A program made the translations under genes and the position numbers. Positions 60,479-64,000 of a stretch of DNA of 64,000 bases are shown here, one piece after another. The notes under the pieces were generated by a model that was not told the origin of the DNA, did not search any database, and saw only the letters and a program-made list of their open reading frames with translations. Source of the stretch: Myxococcales bacterium (lineage in GTDB: Bacteria; Myxococcota_A; Polyangia; Nannocystales; Nannocystaceae); assembly GCA_020633295.1 (NCBI GenBank), contig JACKDW010000006.1, positions 270,181 through 334,180 on the forward strand. Direction: 5' to 3'. Every line of letters starts with the position of its first letter. The stretch's first letter is position 1.

Positions 60479-61357
60479 GTGACGTCTCCGCTCCTCCCCG
60501 CTCCGCCCTCCCCGGTCCTCGTCGTCGGCGCTGGCTTCCTTGGGAGCCGAGTCGCGGCCGCGATCCCCGGCGAGGTCATCGCCACGACGCGCTCCGGGAC
60601 CTGGCGTGGAGGCCAGCCGCCCGAGAACGTCCGCCTGCGCGCGCTCGACATCCTCCAGCACTCAGACGCGCAGGTGAACGCGGCGCTCGAGGGGGCCCGC
60701 GCGATCGTCGTCTGCTTCGCCGCGGGTCGCACGCAGCCGCGCGAGGCCCTCTACATCGACGGCGCGCAGCGGCTGCTCGACGCCTGCGCCGATCGAGCTC
60801 CCGCGCTCGCCCGCGTCGTCTACACGAGCTCGACATCGGCGCTGCCCGACCACGACGGCTGGCTCGATGACGACTGCGAGGCGTGGCCCGACAGCGCGCG
60901 CGGGCGCGTGCAGCGAGCCGGCGAGCAGCGCGTGCGTGAGCGCTGTGAGGCGCTCGGCCTCCCATGGATCATCCTGCGCCTCGGCGGGCTCTACGGACCC
61001 GGACGCGGGATCGGTCGGATCTACCGCAGCCGCGGCCAGCACGAGGGCGCGCTCGAGGGCGACGGGATGCAGGCGACCAACCTGATCCACGTGCGCGACG
61101 CGACCCGCTGCGTGCTCGCGGCGCTGCGCCTCGACCCCGCGCGCTGCGGCGTGATCAACGTCTGCGCCGACGATCACCGCGCTCGAAGAGACATGTATCA
61201 ACGAGCAGCTGAGCTCACGGGCGCCCCGTCGCCGCGCTGGGCCGAGGAGCCGACCCCTGGTCGCGGGGTGTACGGAAAGCGCGTACGCAACGCGCGGATG
61301 AAGGACTGGCTCGGGCTCGAGCTCGAATTCGCCCAACACGACGTCGCTACCGCATAA
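60479..61357 (+). CDS. NAD(P)-dependent epimerase/dehydratase family protein (SDR/Rossmann fold)
   Basis: VLVVGAGFLGSRVA is the N-terminal NAD-binding motif, reached from a GTG start at 60479. Overall similarity is SDR/NmrA-like. The upstream part of the track ORF is Ser/Arg-rich junk. Confidence 0.7.
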   Translation: MTSPLLPAPPSPVLVVGAGFLGSRVAAAIPGEVIATTRSGTWRGGQPPENVRLRALDILQHSDAQVNAALEGARAIVVCFAAGRTQPREALYIDGAQRLLDACADRAPALARVVYTSSTSALPDHDGWLDDDCEAWPDSARGRVQRAGEQRVRERCEALGLPWIILRLGGLYGPGRGIGRIYRSRGQHEGALEGDGMQATNLIHVRDATRCVLAALRLDPARCGVINVCADDHRARRDMYQRAAELTGAPSPRWAEEPTPGRGVYGKRVRNARMKDWLGLELEFAQHDVATA

Positions 61358-61557
61358 CGGGCGTCGTGCATCGTTCGCTCGGCGCCGAGCCCGCTACCGC
61401 AATTCCAGCGGCGCGGGCCTGGGCGGCAAAATCCCATGTGGTTTCATGGACAGTCGCGCGGGGAACGATGTCTGCAACGCACGCGCGAGGCGAATCGCGT
61501 GGGAGCTCCCCTTGCGTCACCTGGTGGCGTGCTTAAACCCCACGGCGAGGACCGCCC

Positions 61558-62526
61558 ATGAATCTCTCGTCTGCTGTGACCCACGCGCTGCCCGTGCCCA
61601 CCAACTCCGGAAAGGCCGGCGCCAGCGCGCCCCTTTTGGACATGCGAGAGGTTCAGGCCGAGCTCGACGAGCTCGCCCACGAGGTCGTGCGCGCGCGCGA
61701 GCTCGGCGTCCCGCTCCCGGAGGCGGTCCGCTCCCCGGAGTTCCCCAACCTGAGCGCGTTCCACCAGGGTCTGCGCGACGCGCTGTTCGTCGAGATCCCC
61801 CGCGACTTTGAGCCGCTCGTCGCGCCGCTGACGGGCGCCGCGGACTCGCCGGTGCCGGCCGAGCAGCTGCAGAGCCTCGCGCAGCTCCAGCGCACGCTCG
61901 TCGAGCACGCCCAGGCCCACGAGGTCGTCGACGTCGACGAGCACGAGGACGAGCTCGAGACGCTGCAGTCCGCGCTCGCCGAGCTGCTCGTGTTCGAGTC
62001 GGTGCGGCTCCGCCTCCTGATCACGACCTTGAGCACGGAGGACTACGAGCTCGTCGGCGGCGAGGAGACGGACATCGACGCGATCGCCTGGCGCGAGATC
62101 GAATTCCTGCTCCATGAGCCAGCCATCCGCGATCCGCAGATCCGCCCGCTCTCGGTGATGCACGCCGCCGCGACCGTGGCCGTCGCGCGCGACGCGGCCG
62201 ACCGCGCCGATCTCCTGCGCGCCTCGGGCGAGGACTTCCGCGAGGAGCTGCGCATGCGCGCCCGCCTCCGCGCCGCGCTCCGCGAGCTCCGGCTCCCCGA
62301 GTCCGTGCTCCTCGAGAACGCGCTCGCGTCGCTCCTCGGCAATGAGCGCAAGGAGCTGACCACGCTGCAGTCCGAGCGCCCCGTCGCGCTCGAGGGCCTC
62401 TCGCGTCAAGCCATGGATCAGCGCGTCTCTCGGGGTCGCCGCGCGCTCACCCGCCAGCAGACGGCGTGGCCGCGTCGCCGTCGCCCGGCGCTCTTCGACC
62501 TCCTGCGCCAGCCGAGCGCGGCGTGA
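61558..62526 (+). CDS. Hypothetical protein (alpha-helical, Glu/Leu/Arg-rich)
   Basis: A clean ORF has a GAGGA-like ribosome-binding site and normal composition. No family is recognised. Confidence 0.5.
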   Translation: MNLSSAVTHALPVPTNSGKAGASAPLLDMREVQAELDELAHEVVRARELGVPLPEAVRSPEFPNLSAFHQGLRDALFVEIPRDFEPLVAPLTGAADSPVPAEQLQSLAQLQRTLVEHAQAHEVVDVDEHEDELETLQSALAELLVFESVRLRLLITTLSTEDYELVGGEETDIDAIAWREIEFLLHEPAIRDPQIRPLSVMHAAATVAVARDAADRADLLRASGEDFREELRMRARLRAALRELRLPESVLLENALASLLGNERKELTTLQSERPVALEGLSRQAMDQRVSRGRRALTRQQTAWPRRRRPALFDLLRQPSAA

Positions 62527-62624
62527 GCCGCGACGAGCCTGCGGCTATACTGCCGCAGGCTCGTATGAACGCCCGCGCCCACGCCCACGTCCAGCGCGCG
62601 CCGCGAGCGGAGTGAGCGGCGTCC

Positions 62625-63542
62625 ATGCACCCCGTCCTCTTCGACTCCGCCTGGCTCGGCTCGATCAACAGCTACGGCACGTTGATCATGCTGGGGGGCA
62701 TGCTGATCGGGCCCGGCGTGTGGTGGGACGCGCGTCAGCGCGGCGTCTCGACGCCCTTCGTCTTCCTGCTCGACTTCTACCTCGTCCTGATCTTCGGCTC
62801 GTTCCTCGGCGGACGGCTGCTGTACGTGCTCACGAGCCCGCTCGAGCACCTCGCCGATCCAGCGCGGATCTTCGATCTCGACGAGGGCTTCGTGTTCTTC
62901 GGCTCCGTGCTCGGGGTCGTCGCGGGCTTCTTCGTGCTCGGTCGTCGCTACGAGCGCCGCGTCGGGGAAATCTGCGACATCCTCGCCACGTGGATGGCGC
63001 TGAGCCACGCGTTCGGACGCGCGGGCTGTTTCCTGTCGGGCTGCTGCTGGGGCGCGCCGTGTTCGCCGGAGCTCGCCATCGCCGCGCGCTTCCCCGAGAA
63101 CTCGGTGGTCTACTTGACCGAGCTCGTGCCGCAGGAGGGCGCCCACACGATCCCGCTGCACCCCGTCCAGGCCTACGAGGCGCTCGGGCTGCTGCTCCTG
63201 TTCGTCGTCCTCACGAGCTTGCGGAGGCGTCGCGGACCAGAGCGCCTCTGGGTTCAGAGCTCACGCTGGGCGCTCGGTTACGGGCTGCTGCGCTTCGTCA
63301 CCGAGATCTTCCGGGGCGACCCCTCGCGCGGATATCTGCTGCGTGTCGAGCTCGCGCCGCTCACGACCGCGCTCGGGCTGCCGGCAGATCAACCGGTGAT
63401 GTTGTCGGTCTCGCAGGCCATCGGCGCCGCGCTGGTGCTCGTCGCGTCGTGGTACCTGCTCGCCAGCCGCTCCGCGGCGACCCGAAACGGCCCCAAAAGC
63501 CCGGAGAAGCCCGCAAAGACGCTGTCTGAGACCGGTCGGTGA
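62625..63542 (+). CDS. lgt: Prolipoprotein diacylglyceryl transferase
   Basis: Lgt signature regions are present (GSINSYGTLIMLGGMLIG, FGRAGCFLSGCCWGAP). It has multiple transmembrane segments. Confidence 0.9.
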   Translation: MHPVLFDSAWLGSINSYGTLIMLGGMLIGPGVWWDARQRGVSTPFVFLLDFYLVLIFGSFLGGRLLYVLTSPLEHLADPARIFDLDEGFVFFGSVLGVVAGFFVLGRRYERRVGEICDILATWMALSHAFGRAGCFLSGCCWGAPCSPELAIAARFPENSVVYLTELVPQEGAHTIPLHPVQAYEALGLLLLFVVLTSLRRRRGPERLWVQSSRWALGYGLLRFVTEIFRGDPSRGYLLRVELAPLTTALGLPADQPVMLSVSQAIGAALVLVASWYLLASRSAATRNGPKSPEKPAKTLSETGR

Positions 63543-63607
63543 ACGCGCGCTGACTCGCTTGCTGTGATGGCGGGTTGCGTTACACTGCGCCGACTTGGCG
63601 TCCGCCT

Positions 63608-64000
63608 ATGAGTGACGAGTCCGCGACAACACCCGAGCCGGCGTCCTCGCCGTCCGCTCCCGCTCCCCCCGACCCCGCGCGCTCCGGTCGCGCGGTCGCC
63701 GTCGCGCTCGCGGCCGCGCTCTCGCTGGGCCTCGACCTCTGGACCAAGCAGTGGGCGTGGAACAACCTCCACCTGCCCAACAAGCGCATCACGGTCATCG
63801 AGAAGTTCTTCTACTTCGACTTCAGCTTCAACACGGGCGCCGCCTTCGGCTTCCTCGAGGGCACCGGCTACGCGCGCCCGCTGTTCATCGTCATCACCGT
63901 GTTGACGGTGCTGTACATGCTCAACATGGTCCGCACCCTGCCGACCCGGCGGCTGTACGGCTTCATCGCCATCGGCCTCATCATCGGCGGGGCGCTCGGC
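63608..64000 (+). CDS. lspA: Lipoprotein signal peptidase (signal peptidase II), 3' partial; it runs off the window
   Basis: The ATG at 63608 opens a frame with no stop before the window end. The LspA motif FNTGAAFGF and the expected transmembrane segments are present. It is absent from the ORF track only because no stop is reached. It lies next to lgt. Confidence 0.8.
   Translation, partial: MSDESATTPEPASSPSAPAPPDPARSGRAVAVALAAALSLGLDLWTKQWAWNNLHLPNKRITVIEKFFYFDFSFNTGAAFGFLEGTGYARPLFIVITVLTVLYMLNMVRTLPTRRLYGFIAIGLIIGGALG

Overview
This 64 kb window comes from a very GC-rich (~70%) Gram-negative chromosome that is almost certainly myxobacterial. It carries two lipoproteins with Myxococcus-type cysteine-rich repeats (CGDGxxxxGEECDDGN), many lipobox proteins, and ATGA/GTGA start-stop overlaps between adjacent genes. 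Most of it is core chromosome. The TCA cycle is represented by sdhA (5' partial) and sdhB at the start and by mdh-sucC-sucD later. RNA and translation housekeeping genes present are prmA, rsmE, ffh, rsmD, yacG and rpoZ. The conserved rpoN-hpf-hprK-rapZ-EIIA-ptsH-ptsI cluster lies on the minus strand, followed by pyrG and accC. serA, a CbiX-like chelatase, a second fabH, and lgt-lspA (3' partial) are also present. Interspersed with these are envelope and secreted proteins. There are two gluzincin-like HExxH proteins, one of which is fused to a TolB-like beta-propeller and a C-terminal outer-membrane barrel. There is also a VWA membrane protein, an MshEN-like/HEAT protein, an M28 aminopeptidase with a PDZ domain, and an HEVGH lipoprotein protease. 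A textbook cobalamin riboswitch sits upstream of a TonB-dependent receptor in a btuF/btuC-like cluster that lacks an ATPase gene. I found no rRNA, tRNA, CRISPR array, transposase, integrase or prophage genes. The most unusual non-genic signal is a ~1 kb gene-free, lower-GC region (46776-47806). It contains four phased, same-orientation DnaA boxes, including one perfect TTATCCACA, spaced 21-22 bp apart. A second DnaA-box-like cluster lies at about 52.6 kb. Other oddities are a probable frameshift at a C6 homopolymer inside a large lipoprotein gene, a 72-bp tandem duplication that carries a stop codon, several in-frame and intergenic microsatellites, and atypical extensions on Ffh and RpoZ. Many long opposite-strand ORFs in the six-frame track are Arg/Ala-rich artefacts of the high GC content; I did not annotate these.
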